Shown piece by piece: positions 19,421 through 31,000 of a DNA stretch of 64,000 nucleotides. Position 1 is the first letter of the stretch. Each line of letters opens with the position of its first letter. This stretch comes from Enoplolaimus lenunculus (Eukaryota). The translations under genes and the position numbers were made by a program. Under the pieces are notes generated by a model that was not told where the DNA came from, searched no databases, and worked only from the letters and a program-made list of their open reading frames with translations. Where the stretch lies: NCBI GenBank assembly GCA_030248215.1, contig JASANG010002092.1, positions 310,001 through 374,000 of the forward strand, given 5' to 3'.

Positions 19421-21563
19421 CTAATACTAGCGGCAACCATTAGTATTTCTGCATGCCATGGATTGTGTATTTAGAAAATAAAGGTTCGCGCTCTACATAG
19501 CTTAACAGTTCTTGCAAGTTATATAAATTTCAATTCCAAAGAATGCTACAGCTTGCAGTGCCACTGTCTTGATGTGTTATAATCTTGTATAGCCCAGCAA
19601 ACAATTCAATTTCTTAGATGTATCTTTTACAGTTTTGCAAATGTTTGTAGCGTGGGCCGGACATGTCTTATGGTGTAAGCAAAACAGACAAGGCTGTGGG
19701 TAAGCATAAATAAGTCAATCTTCAGCTTATGCCGCCTGTGTTTATTACTGCGCAAGCTTTTGATGTGTCAACTATTTCATTAATAAGAAGTTGCTATTTG
19801 AACTTCTATAAGCTTCGACAATCTTAGATAAGTAACTGACTGAGTAACAACGACCAACGTTAACTAAAGTTAGAGTTTACGTCCAAAATTTTAGGATGTA
19901 TGCCAGCTGAATCGGACTCGCAGGGTGATGCAGACTTAGTGTAAGTTTTGTAGTATTAAAAAGTGCGATATGCTTGTACGAGATATTTTAACAAGTGAAA
20001 TTGCAAAGGGTTAGATGATTTAACTGCAAATATCTCCGGATGGTCGCCGTAGGTTTATTACGCATATTTTGTTACGTCTGCTATGTATCTACCAAGACGC
20101 TCGGTTGTTGTTGTATCATACTAATTTTCATATACCGCCGGCAATCAAAAATGAAAATAACCTTTGTGTTTGCTATCTATAATTTAAGCTCTGTCTATAT
20201 CTGTTTTAGCTCAAGTGTATGTTCCGACGAATACTAAGCAGAAAAACTGTTATTTGTAATTGTTTTTGCTATGTGCATTGACATGTTTTACGTGTTTGCA
20301 TTTTGGCTTGAGTTAAGTCAGTTCGTGTCGGGTGAATAACCTAACACAAAACAGAAGGACTGTGTGCGTGTAGGTTTATTTCTTCTATAACAACTTTACT
20401 TTTGTAGATTGTCCACAGTTTCAAGCCTGTGATGTCGTAATTGTTGTATATGCATCTTGATGAGCTACGCTATCTATTGAGGAAGTAATATTTTTATGGG
20501 GTTTACACTGTACTGTAACATAATTTTAAGACGAATATGACGGTCGCGTGTGCAATAGATCGACCTTTTGTCTACGGGATTAAAACTTGTGTGGGATATA
20601 TTTCTCAAAAATGCTATTTACAGATGGTGTTTGCGCAAATAATACATAGGATATCAGTATTAACTTAGTAGGCTATGTAGCAACGTGTTGAGCGGTGTGT
20701 TAGAGTTAGCATAATCGCATAACAATGTATAGTATTCAACAATGTATTACTCATATATTTGTTTGTGTTTGGAATTAAACAATATTTTGTATGGTTTTGA
20801 GCGCCAATAATAGCAAAGAGTTTAAATTTTTGTCATGTTAGAAGTAAAGTTAAATGTTGGCTTCAATAACCTTGCGCAATGTATCTGTCAAAGGCGTAAC
20901 AATAGTATAAGCATAATCCTAAGCATCCTGTAAACTAAGCCTAGTCCAAAGCCTAAGCAAAGACAATAAGTCTGAAGCTTAAGCTTACCTTATTGCATTC
21001 ACGCGCAAAACGGTACGCCCTTCAAAGTACAATAGACCAGTACTGCAGTCCTGTAGAAAACGGTGCGCCCTTCATAGTACTATTGGCCATAATCGTGGTA
21101 AAATTTAACAAAAAAGTATTGCAGGGACCCGTCAATAAGCGCAACACAACCTAAAGTACTATTTTTAGAAGCATTTTACATAAACATACTTAAATTGCCA
21201 ATCTCCTCGGAAGCTAAAAAAGCAGTGCCATTTGCGAATTTTCTAAAACATGATAACGTTATTTCACTTCTGAACAAAATGTTTTACAGCTTCTTCTAAT
21301 ACGCTTAAGTAGATCTGGGAGATATGAATAGATAATTTTCAAATTTTTTATACTTCTGTGCACTGTTAAAATAAATTGCATACTCTTTTTGCTAACTCTA
21401 GTTTTTTATGCCCTTTTTGTCAACCCGATGATTTTTCGCAGCTTATTTTAATAGCTAGCTATATTTTGACACTATTAAAATAGTATGTTAAAAAATAGCT
21501 AGGCATTAAAAAGAGAAAAGACAAGTTTTTACATCGCGTGTGCATTATTACCTGGACGATGCA

Positions 21564-21793
21564 TAAAGATACAGAAATTACGTGTAGTTTCTCGCTCGCT
21601 TCGCTCGCTATCCTGCTTTAATAGTGTGGTGTCAGATCTCTTCTGCGCACGTATCTGCACCAGGAGCGTGCCGGGAGGTGAGGCAGGGGGCCGGGGCTCC
21701 CCACAATCGGAACCAGTTAGTCTGTCATAATTTAGATATTTAGACTAAAGATACAGAAATTACGTGTAGTTTCTCGCTCGCTTCGCTCGCTAT
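21564..21793. repeat. 182-bp tandem repeat (about 1.3 units here, continuing from 2864-2994)
   Basis: TAAAGATACAGAAATTACGTGTAGTTTCTCGCTCGCTTCGCTCGCTAT occurs at 21564 and 21746. Confidence 0.9.
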
Positions 21794-22984
21794 TAACCCC
21801 TTCGCCCATGATTTTAGAAAGTACACGATAAAATTTAATATTGCATAAAAACGAGTTATAAAGAACCATATAAACATGAAAAAACACATAAACTTGTACA
21901 GATCAGCCACGCTCTAAAATATATTTTGTTGCCCATGAGCAACTTTATGAAGCAACCACAAAGATTGGGCTCCTAATTGCAACTCGCTAAAATGCACATT
22001 ATCGCTTGAAAATTTGATGAAACAACTGACGGTCAACAGCGGCATCATAATTTAAACTTGACAGAAGCTGAAATATTTACAAGAGGTTAATATTCAATTT
22101 TCGAAAAATTTTGCCTGTGGCGCTGTTTATAGAAACGCAAATCCTTGACCGGGAGTAGGTCCGGTTTGGTGATTTAGCGATTCAGTCTCGCCTAGCTACC
22201 CAGCCCGCAAAAAATTTAGGGAACCTCAAAGACGACTCTGAAGCCAATCTCCTATATCCCGCCAAAAAATTTAGATATGTCACTGCTGATGGGCTCTAAA
22301 GTTTACTTCTAAGGTGGAAATCCAAGGCACGGACCTGGCAGGATGCGGCCCCTCCAACCCAAATTTCTCGGAACAAAATAGTTTGTTTCTGATCATTCAT
22401 CGCGACCACACTGAAATCTATAAATTTGAAAAATGCCTACATCTATTATTCGATAAGTAATACAGAAATTTAGGTTATTCGCGGCCTCACCTCATCTAGT
22501 TTGCGTTTACATGTTTGTGCGCTCAGTTTTTGATTTGCATATGCATTATGCACGTAAAGTGTAACATTGGCAATTGTACATGTACAATAGGTAGACAGGT
22601 AAAAACAGAAATACTAAACATGAATAATTTAGAAGAGGAATTTTTGGAATGCATGCGGGCATAAGGCACCTACCTACATAGCATTCGGCTTGGAATTTTT
22701 AATTTAATAGCTAAGGTCAGTTTCAAAATTTTATCTTAAACAGAATACTAAAACATTCTGATTTTTTATAAAAAACTTACAAAGCTTTTTAACACGCAGT
22801 TGCGGAACGAGACAGTAGGTTTTTGAAACACTAAAAAGCTTCATAAATTGGGAATGGAAGATATGCCAATTATAGATGGGCAACGGATATCCGGATACAA
22901 AAATTATCCGGATATATTTATCCGAAAATAAACGTGTATATATCCGAATATCTGAAATGCTATTGTGTAAAAAATTTTGGAGTA

Positions 22985-23415
22985 CTGTATTGACCCGAAT
23001 AAGAGGGGGTCCCCATTTTGAGTCCGATGAGTCCGTATCCCTAATAAAAGTCCGTAAGAGGATAGAGTCCCTAAGCCCTAATTACAGTCCATAAATGTCA
23101 ATTAACCCTAATTGTAGAGCATAAATGACTCCAGGACCAAATAATTTGAATTCGAAACTTTAAAGCGTACTTAAATTATGAAATTACATTCCTAAGTATA
23201 ACCTTGTATTATCGCTCAAGCTATTGACACAAGACAAATAAACGTTTGATTCAACGGATAATTGCAGTAATACACCTCATATAAATCGGTAATGAAGAGC
23301 GGCGGAGCGTGAGTTAAAAATAAATAACTGTCCGTAACCGAATAACAAGGGGGGTACGTTCTGGAGAGGCCAAATAAATATCAGTCCCCCCTCCCTCTTA
23401 TTCGGGTCACTACAG
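22985..23415. mobile_element. MITE with TA target duplication
   Basis: TA|CTGTATTGACCCGAATAAGAGGG ... CCCTCTTATTCGGGTCACTACAG|TA. A second, inverted copy is at 36099-36528. Confidence 0.85.
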
Positions 23416-23615
23416 TAATTTGTATTGTTAATACACCATTAAAGTATATACATGGAGCTGACTAAAAGAAGTTCATGTAAGTATTGGAACCTCAGTTAAT
23501 ATATTGAACCGCATTCCTGCATAATTCCATAATAATTTAAAATTGTGATTTCTTCTCAAAACATGCAAAAATTAAAAAAACTTCAGTTTACTTGATATTT
23601 TTCGGAATAATGACT

Positions 23616-24532
23616 TCGTATTGTTGAATTATCGCAAAATTATCCCAGTGAAAAATTTGCATCGAATACGCACAGGTAATACTGAATTTATTACCATTGC
23701 AAGAAACTAAGCATATAAACAGTTTTGCTGTCGTATTGTTGAATTATCGCAAAATTAGCCCATTGAAAAATTTGCATCGATTACGCACAGGTAATACTGA
23801 ATTTATTACCATTGCAAGAAACTAAGCATATAAACAGTTTTGCTGTCGTATTGTTGAATTATCGCAAAATTAGCCCAGTGAAAAATTTGCATCGAATACG
23901 CACAGGTAATACTGAATTTATTACCATTGCAAGAAACTAAGCATATAAACAGTTTTGCTGTCGTATTGTTGAATTATCGCAAAATTAGCCCAGTGAAAAA
24001 TTTGCATCGAATACGCACAGGTAATACTGAATTTATTACCATTGCAAGAAACTAGGCATATAAACAGTTTTGCTGTCGTATTGTTGAATTATCGCAAAAT
24101 TAGCCCAGTGAAAAATTTGCATCGAATACGCACAGGTAATACTGAATTTATTACCATTGCAAGAAACTAAGCATGTAAACAGTTTTGCTGTCGTATTGTT
24201 GAATTATCGCAAAATTAGCCCAGTGAAAAATTTGCATCGAATACGCACAGGAATACTGAATTTATTACCATTGCAAGAAACTAAGCATATAAACAGTTTT
24301 GCTGTCGTATTGTTGAATTATCGCAAAATTAGCCCAGTGAAAAATTTGCATCGAATACGCACAGGAATACTGAATTTATTACCATTGCAAGAAACTAAGC
24401 ATATAAACAGTTTTGCTGTCGTATTGTTGAATTATCGCAAAATTAGCCCAGTGAAAAATTTGCATCGAATACGCACAGGAATACTGAATTTATTACCATT
24501 GCAAGAAACTAAGCATATAAACAGTTTTGCTG
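23616..24532. repeat. tandem satellite: 8 near-identical units (5 x 115 bp, then 3 x 114 bp)
   Basis: Unit starts (TCGTATTGTTG) at 23616, 23731, 23846, 23961, 24076, 24191, 24305 and 24419. Confidence 0.95.
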
Positions 24533-25052
24533 ATTTTGTCAATCAGTTATACTGAAAAGTTGTTGATTGAGAAATGCGAGTTTTTTCAAATGGGTGATAG
24601 ATAATTTTTACAGTGAAAGTTTTGTGGAAGCCATGTGATTATAAAACATATGCAAAATGATATTCCAACCACGCTTTGGAATTCATGGACGTATATATAC
24701 ACGGTTCAAATTGAACAGTGATGAGATACTGAGCTATTCGGTTTCCTCGGTATCGACAAATTTGCAAGAGATTGTACTTACACAATGTGTGCCACAGCAA
24801 AACGGAGCACTTGCTTTCCGGTTGTTGGGCATCCAACCCTCTCCCCCATCACCCCCCCCCCCCCCAAACCCAAAACACAAAAAACCCCCCCCCCCCCACC
24901 ACGCTAAAGTGACATGATCAACAAACCTCAAAAACACAGAAAGCTACTTTAAGTGCCAGATTACTTTTCCGATCCTGTCGTTGCATTTTCGATTTTAAAA
25001 ACATAACATCGCATAGTCTGACAGCTAAAATGGCAATTTTTTGTATATATTA

Positions 25053-25305
25053 CACTGTAAATTCCAGTGAGTTGATTTCAACTCAGACCGAGTTGAATCA
25101 CTCAGTCTGACTTTAGGACTATCAGAACTCATAATTCTGAGTTGATATAGCTCATTCTGATTTAATTAATAAACTTTCCTGGAATCAAATCAATTCAGAG
25201 TCAGAATCAACTCAACTCGAAGTTAGTTAAAGTCTGCTGTTATTAACTCAGAAGTAACTAACTTTACGTCTGAGTTGATTAATGAACTCAGTGCAATTTA
25301 CAGCG
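25053..25305. mobile_element. MITE with CACTGTAAA termini, copy 1
   Basis: TA|CACTGTAAATTCCAGTGAGTT ... AACTCAGTGCAATTTACAGCG|TA. Internal GAGTT/AACTC repeats. Confidence 0.75.
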
Positions 25306-25495
25306 TACTAAATGTACTTAGCAAGATATTCACTTGTTTATAGCGAAAAATTTCGAGTTTAATAAATAAAATTTGTATTGTTTTAGACGAAATTGTGACG
25401 TTAAGTATTTTGGATCTTCGCTTCCCGGATTTGTCGGAAATTTGCACAACACTTCGCGAACGTATTGGATTTTAAAATAAAGTTCTTTTACCGTT

Positions 25496-25747
25496 CACTG
25501 TAAATTCCAATGAGTTGATTAATCATTTCAGCTAACGAGTTGGTTGTTTCTGAATTAATATCAGTAAACATTAACTCACTCTGAGTTGAGTTGATTCTCA
25601 TTCTGAGTTAAGTTGACTTCAGGTTAGTTGATTAAATAACTCAAAATGAATTGAATCAACACAAAATTCTGAGTTCTGATAGTCCTAACTCAGACTGAGT
25701 GATTGAACTCATTCTGACTTAAAATGAACTCACTGAAATTTACAGTG
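25496..25747. mobile_element. MITE with CACTGTAAA termini, copy 2 (inverted relative to copy 1)
   Basis: CACTGTAAATTCCAATGAGTT ... AACTCACTGAAATTTACAGTG. The interior is the reverse complement of copy 1 (e.g. AGGACTATCAGAACTC vs GAGTTCTGATAGTCCT). Confidence 0.75.
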
Positions 25748-28076
25748 ATTGCGCCCGAAATTGTGGCTTGAAATTTATTAAATTCAGATGAAAGCATAAA
25801 ATATTGATGCAGAAAAATTCAAGTTTAGTTTTACACTTTTATAATTTTAAACCTACATGTATAACCTATAATTTTAATTGGCTTTCGCGGTAAATTTTTG
25901 GTCATTCCAACCAACTCGACGAATCGCATGAGGGTTCTTCGGGCAATCACATGGAAGCCATGCTAACCTATTTGCGAAACAAGTTTTATTTGCATTAAAT
26001 ATACGCAGTTTGCCAATTCAATATATTGTTTGAACAGGTTTTAGCATTGTAAATGTTCAGGTATTTCATAATTCTGCGTGGAACTATTTTGGATCAATTA
26101 TTGTTTTTCTTAAAAATTAAGGTAAGGAAATAATAATTATTTAATTCAGCCAATTTCGTTCTGGTTGAATATAATAATGAAAGAAAATTCAGATCTAAAA
26201 CAAAAAATTAACAAGGGTAGCAACCAGAGGTCTGCCTCTAGCCTCACGCAAAAATCGATTAAATACCAATTTCTGACAATACTTAACATTTACAGTTATA
26301 CCTCAACTTTGTCTCACTTTTGGCACTGGCAAAATTTGTGGATCTCCGGCTCCGGCATTGGATTTTTCTACCTCCTGTTACATCCTGACCTGTGACAAAG
26401 ATGCATAACTAAAAAACCACTATTGGCATTTTGCCATTAGGAGCGTAAAACTACCAAATTTTATTGCAAACTATTTTTCTATACTAACCAACATTATTTT
26501 CTTTTCGCAATTACTGCGTTAAAGTTAAAGCGGTGTCGTCTTCAGCAAAAAAAACGGAAAAAATAACATTTATTATGGCTGTTATTGCACAACATTGACA
26601 CAATATGAACGATGCACAAAATTCAGGATAACAAAATCCATAACTCATTATTATTAATATACAACAATTGTAAAGCTACGGTGTGTCATTTTACCTAAAA
26701 ACCAAACACAATTGTGTGCTATTGCATACCGTCCTTTATACCGTACCTATTTAAATCCAAAATTAAGCTTAAAACTGCATTAGCCTTCAAAAGATTTCTC
26801 CCTGTTTCAATTCTAAAAAAAATTTTTTTCTCGTATGCTTTAATAATTACAACAGAAAAATTTCTCACACATTTGTGTTTCAGCAGGTTTTACTGGTCTT
26901 TCAAATTATAGATACAAATAAACCACGAAAACGACACTATCGATCACGGTTGGGCACCGGAAAAACCAGCGAGAAAAACAGTTTTTTTTTCCGGTTTTTT
27001 AAAATTGGGGTGGACGGAAAAAACGGGAAAAAAGTTTTTTTAAAATATATAAATTTTAGCAAATTGCGTGCCAATGACGAAACGGAGCAGAAACTTGTAA
27101 AAAACGTTGTTGTGTTCACTGTAGCTGCGATAGAGTTGTATTGGAAGCAAAAACAATTTCTACGTTCTCAGCTGAGGCTTATAGTTTTACTCACGATGTT
27201 TTTACTGATGCATCCTAGCTCATGAATCTAATAATGATAGCTGCAAATATTATAGATTTCAATTTTGTATATTTTGCTTGATGTAAGATTGCCAGCTGTG
27301 TAACGCGTTAAGTTTTGAATTAAATTTTTGATTAAATTCATGTAACAATGAAACTACAAAGGCTGTTTTTAGAGACAAATCTGACACTTCGTGTTGTTTA
27401 AATTCAATTAATCTGGAACAAACTTACTTTGCTATGTGTGTCAAAAGCTTTAGTTCCAATTCGTTTTAGTTTCCTAATATCTCAATCAACTGTAGCTAGG
27501 ATCTGGAACGTTCAACAGAGTTGAAAACCGAAATTTTTGATTAATTTTTTGAGTATACGCCTGCTAAAATGTGTTTGGCTTCTCGCTCGTGTCGCTCAAG
27601 AGGTTTTTCTATATTACATATGCCGCTACCTCCCCATCAGAAATTTCGGGATCATTGCTGCATTCCGTTTTGATGTCAACAGTATATATACTAATAGCAG
27701 CAAAATCATTGACCCATTATACAATATATGCTGTTACTACTTTAGCCGTTGAAACAATTGTTTTCAAATTTGTATTCGCTGCTAAGTACCGATCCTCCAT
27801 AGAACTGGTTCCGCTCAGAACAAAATACGGTTCTGTTCTGTTTAAAATGATTGCACAGGTTTCCAAAATTAAAATCAGTGGTAAATGACTTTAAGTACCA
27901 TTTACCAACTGCATAAGCTCGGTTTCGACTTAAAACAGTCGGTTTTCATTCTGTTAGACATATCTCCACAGGTTTCCAAAATTGAATTTGGCTTCACTTC
28001 AAGCCCCACTAAACATTATGCTCGATCCATGCTGAAAAAAGGCGTTTTCAAGTCCGTTTAGTATGGTTATTGCAAC

Positions 28077-31000
28077 TTAATCATCGCACGGAGAACACGG
28101 AGAACAACAAATTTGGTGTGATACTGGCGGCGCGTCTGAGTCTGCATCATCTTCCATATCGGAATCCATCGTGCCAAATTCAACCCCACTCGCTCCTGAA
28201 CTGCTGATGCATCCTGCGCCTGATTTGTGTTGCTTTTTCAACATCTTTTTGTGCTTCATTCGACGATTTTGAAACCATGTTTTCACCTGAAAATATATTC
28301 ACAGTGAATTTTCAAAAATATATTCACAGTGAATTTTCAAAAATATATTCACAGTGAATTTTCAAAGATATATTCACAGTGAATTTTTAAAAATATATTC
28401 ACAGTGAATTTTCAAAAATATATTCACAGTGAATTTTCAAAAATATATTCACAGTAAATTTTCAAAAATATATTCACAGTGAATTTTCAAAAATATATTC
28501 ACAGTGAGTTTTCCCTGAAAATATGTTCACAGTGAATCTACAATTCGTCGCACGACAAGTGGTTGCCAAACAGCGTCCTTGAACCTATCGATAAATATAA
28601 GCATAATCCTAAGCCTATACCTAAGCCTAACCGTAATGATGGGCGACGAATTGTCGAGTTGATAAAATTTCGGATTACAAGTTGTCGAGCGACGAGTTGT
28701 CGGGCGACATAAATGGCAATGAAAACAGAACAGTTACTTAATTTTGATTCAGGAAAATAGGAGAATAGCGTTTTTGAGTGCTTGTCGAAAATTAAAAACT
28801 AATGAAAGTTACATTTTCTTTAAAAATTCAAAGCCATAACTTGACTTCAATTAAAGGCTAACTGATTGTATTAATAACTGCGACAAAACTATCCGTTTTA
28901 AGCTTTTCATGCTAGTAGCTGGTTCAGTGTGAGCTCATGGGGATTAGCACCCACTTTCTTATGATCGTTTCATCTGTATCTCTGCTTTGAATAACATTCA
29001 TAGTTTCAATTTAGAATAATTCGCGTCTCCAGTATTTAAATATTCTGAATCGGCCTTTGCATGCTATTTTTTATTTTTCTTTTTCTTAATTTTTTTGTAT
29101 TTAAAACTTTGGGATAGCAAAGACTTTTTTAATACAACGGTCTTTTAATGCAGCTTGAATTGAAATAGCTTTTGAAACTTATAACAACAAGAGTCGCCGA
29201 CCGAGGACAGTGACAATAAATTTAAAACAATCGCAATACGTTATTACTTGCGTCTCAGACAAATTCAACGCCGCTGCTAGCTCGATGCGTTCCGGTGTTG
29301 ACAAATACTTTTGACATTCGAATCGTTTTTCAAGTCCCTGCAATTGATGATCAGAAAATACCGTTCGCGCTTTTCGCCGTCGATACGATTTACTAGCGGC
29401 TGCAGCAGCAGCAGCAACAGCGGCAGCACTTCCTGCTGCCATAATGTTGCAAAACATTGCGTTTCCTCTGTTGCTGTTGTTAATGCTGTTGTTGTTGCTA
29501 CTGCTTGCAGTTGTTACATGGTCGACACCACCGAACATAGTATTAATATTGCTATTATGCGCTGTTCCGGATGATGGCGTACCTTGGCCGCTAGGAGATG
29601 AAGTCCATATTCGGTGATTGTTGATGGGTAGACCTAAAGATTTTTGAGTTCATGCTTTAACGCTAAATACAAAGACATACAGCCAAAAGAAACTGACGGA
29701 TGCAAGGGGTGCCACCACGACCTAAGCCCCCTTATTATGGAGCGCGCTGTATATACTAATCAACATGTTGCAAAATTTGCTACACTGTAGCTTTAAGTGC
29801 ATAACGCTTGCCAGTAATCAGAGTTTCACGTTAATATTTTTACTAAAATCTATTCTGTATGAAAAAAGACTATCACCATATATACTGACTGATCATTCAT
29901 TTGCAATTATGCGCTTTTCTTCTGCTTTGCACATATTATGCTCTGAAATGCTGGAACGCTGATCAAAATGTGGGGTGTTTCATCTTTAATTATATAGATA
30001 TTATATAATCATGTATATATACATCAAATATAGTGTTTCTCAAAAATGCAGTTAGGCTGTTTTGAAAGAATTAAAATTTAAAAATAATATGAAAGATTAA
30101 AAAAGTTTCTTGAAATAGAAAGCAGCATTTTTGGCAAAAATAAACAATAAAGCAAAACTAGTAATTGTTTGGTATGTTTTTGCCGCAGAATAATTTCTTA
30201 CATCTTAATATATATTTAGCAATGCATTTTGGAAGGATGTTGATACCGATCTGCTAATCTAATCAGCAGTTAATAATTGTGTTTCCTAAGGACGCAATCT
30301 ATTTATTAAAAAATTTTCCGGACAGGTTAAACTTAAACGTTCGTAGGTTCTTATAGTGCTTCCCACTCGCAGTGAAACTGAAGCGTGCTCTGCAGGCGCT
30401 GTCTTGCACATTAAATTGTGTCAACGTTGCCGCTACTTTTCGGAAACCGTTCAGAATAAGATTTGTATCACAATTCTTGGCCCTCAGCTCGCCGACCGAC
30501 TACTTGTAGCCCGACGTCTCGTCGACCCCGACAACGTGTAGATCAGACAACGCTTCTCCTACCAGTAAGCACAAAACCTCGACCCGATAACTTCTCTATT
30601 GGCTTTTAGGTTTAGGTTAGCCGGATCGACTAATTTTTACGAGATGTCGGGGCGACGAGATGTCGGGGTAACAAGCTGTTGGGTGAGAAATTGTCGTGCA
30701 TTGATTCATATTGAGAGTTACGCCAAATGGGATTGTATGAACTGGGCAGAAAAACGATCATCCTCCAGTTCAGCACACAAACCCTGGCCAAATGAGCAAT
30801 ATTGGTCCGCAATAGGCTGCACAAAGACAGAACAGAACTGTAGATTGTTCTCGCGTGGCATTGCAATCATTTCATATCAAACAAGAAAAGCGTTTGTGAT
30901 GTGGCTATTTATAATTAGTACGTTTAATTTAATGGTTTGAAAATTTGAGGCATCAAAAAACAAATATGACGGAAATTTTATTGTCACCGCCCTCGTGCGG

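Larger units (their letters stand above)
2995..21563 (+). mobile_element. Large (18,569 bp including nested inserts) TIR DNA transposon, Zator-like, carrying a SET-domain gene
   Basis: Left TIR TGCATCATCCAGGTAATAACGCGCACGCGATGTGAAAATTTGTC (2995-3038) matches the reverse complement of 21520-21563 at 39/44 positions. TAA on both sides (2992-2994, 21564-21566). The empty site TAGAC-TAA-AGATACAG is at 21741-21756. Internal DDE transposase present. Confidence 0.9.

Noticed and set aside
20900..20990. Telomere (GCCTAA-like repeats; also near 18580 and 28600)
   Set aside because: Only short degenerate interstitial tracts inside repeats, not a telomeric array.
2995..21563. PIF/Harbinger assignment based on the TAA TSD
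   Set aside because: No Harbinger DDE_Tnp_4 motifs or Myb/SANT partner were recognised. The DGASDE and PGGSFLNVVER motifs fit Zator-like enzymes better.
21793..22090. Possible TTAA-flanked piggyBac MITE (TTAACCCCTT...AAGAGGTTAA)
   Set aside because: The inverted match is too short to support.
23616..24532. CRISPR-like array (also considered for 28290-28537)
   Set aside because: The units are contiguous and identical with no unique spacers, the context is eukaryotic, and there are no cas genes.
24157..24555. 132-aa repeat protein ORF
   Set aside because: A by-product of the 114-bp satellite units.
24657..24960. Pro-rich and Gly-rich ORFs; possible G-quadruplex tract
   Set aside because: Same C/A-only garbled signature as 5116-5410; probably an artefact.
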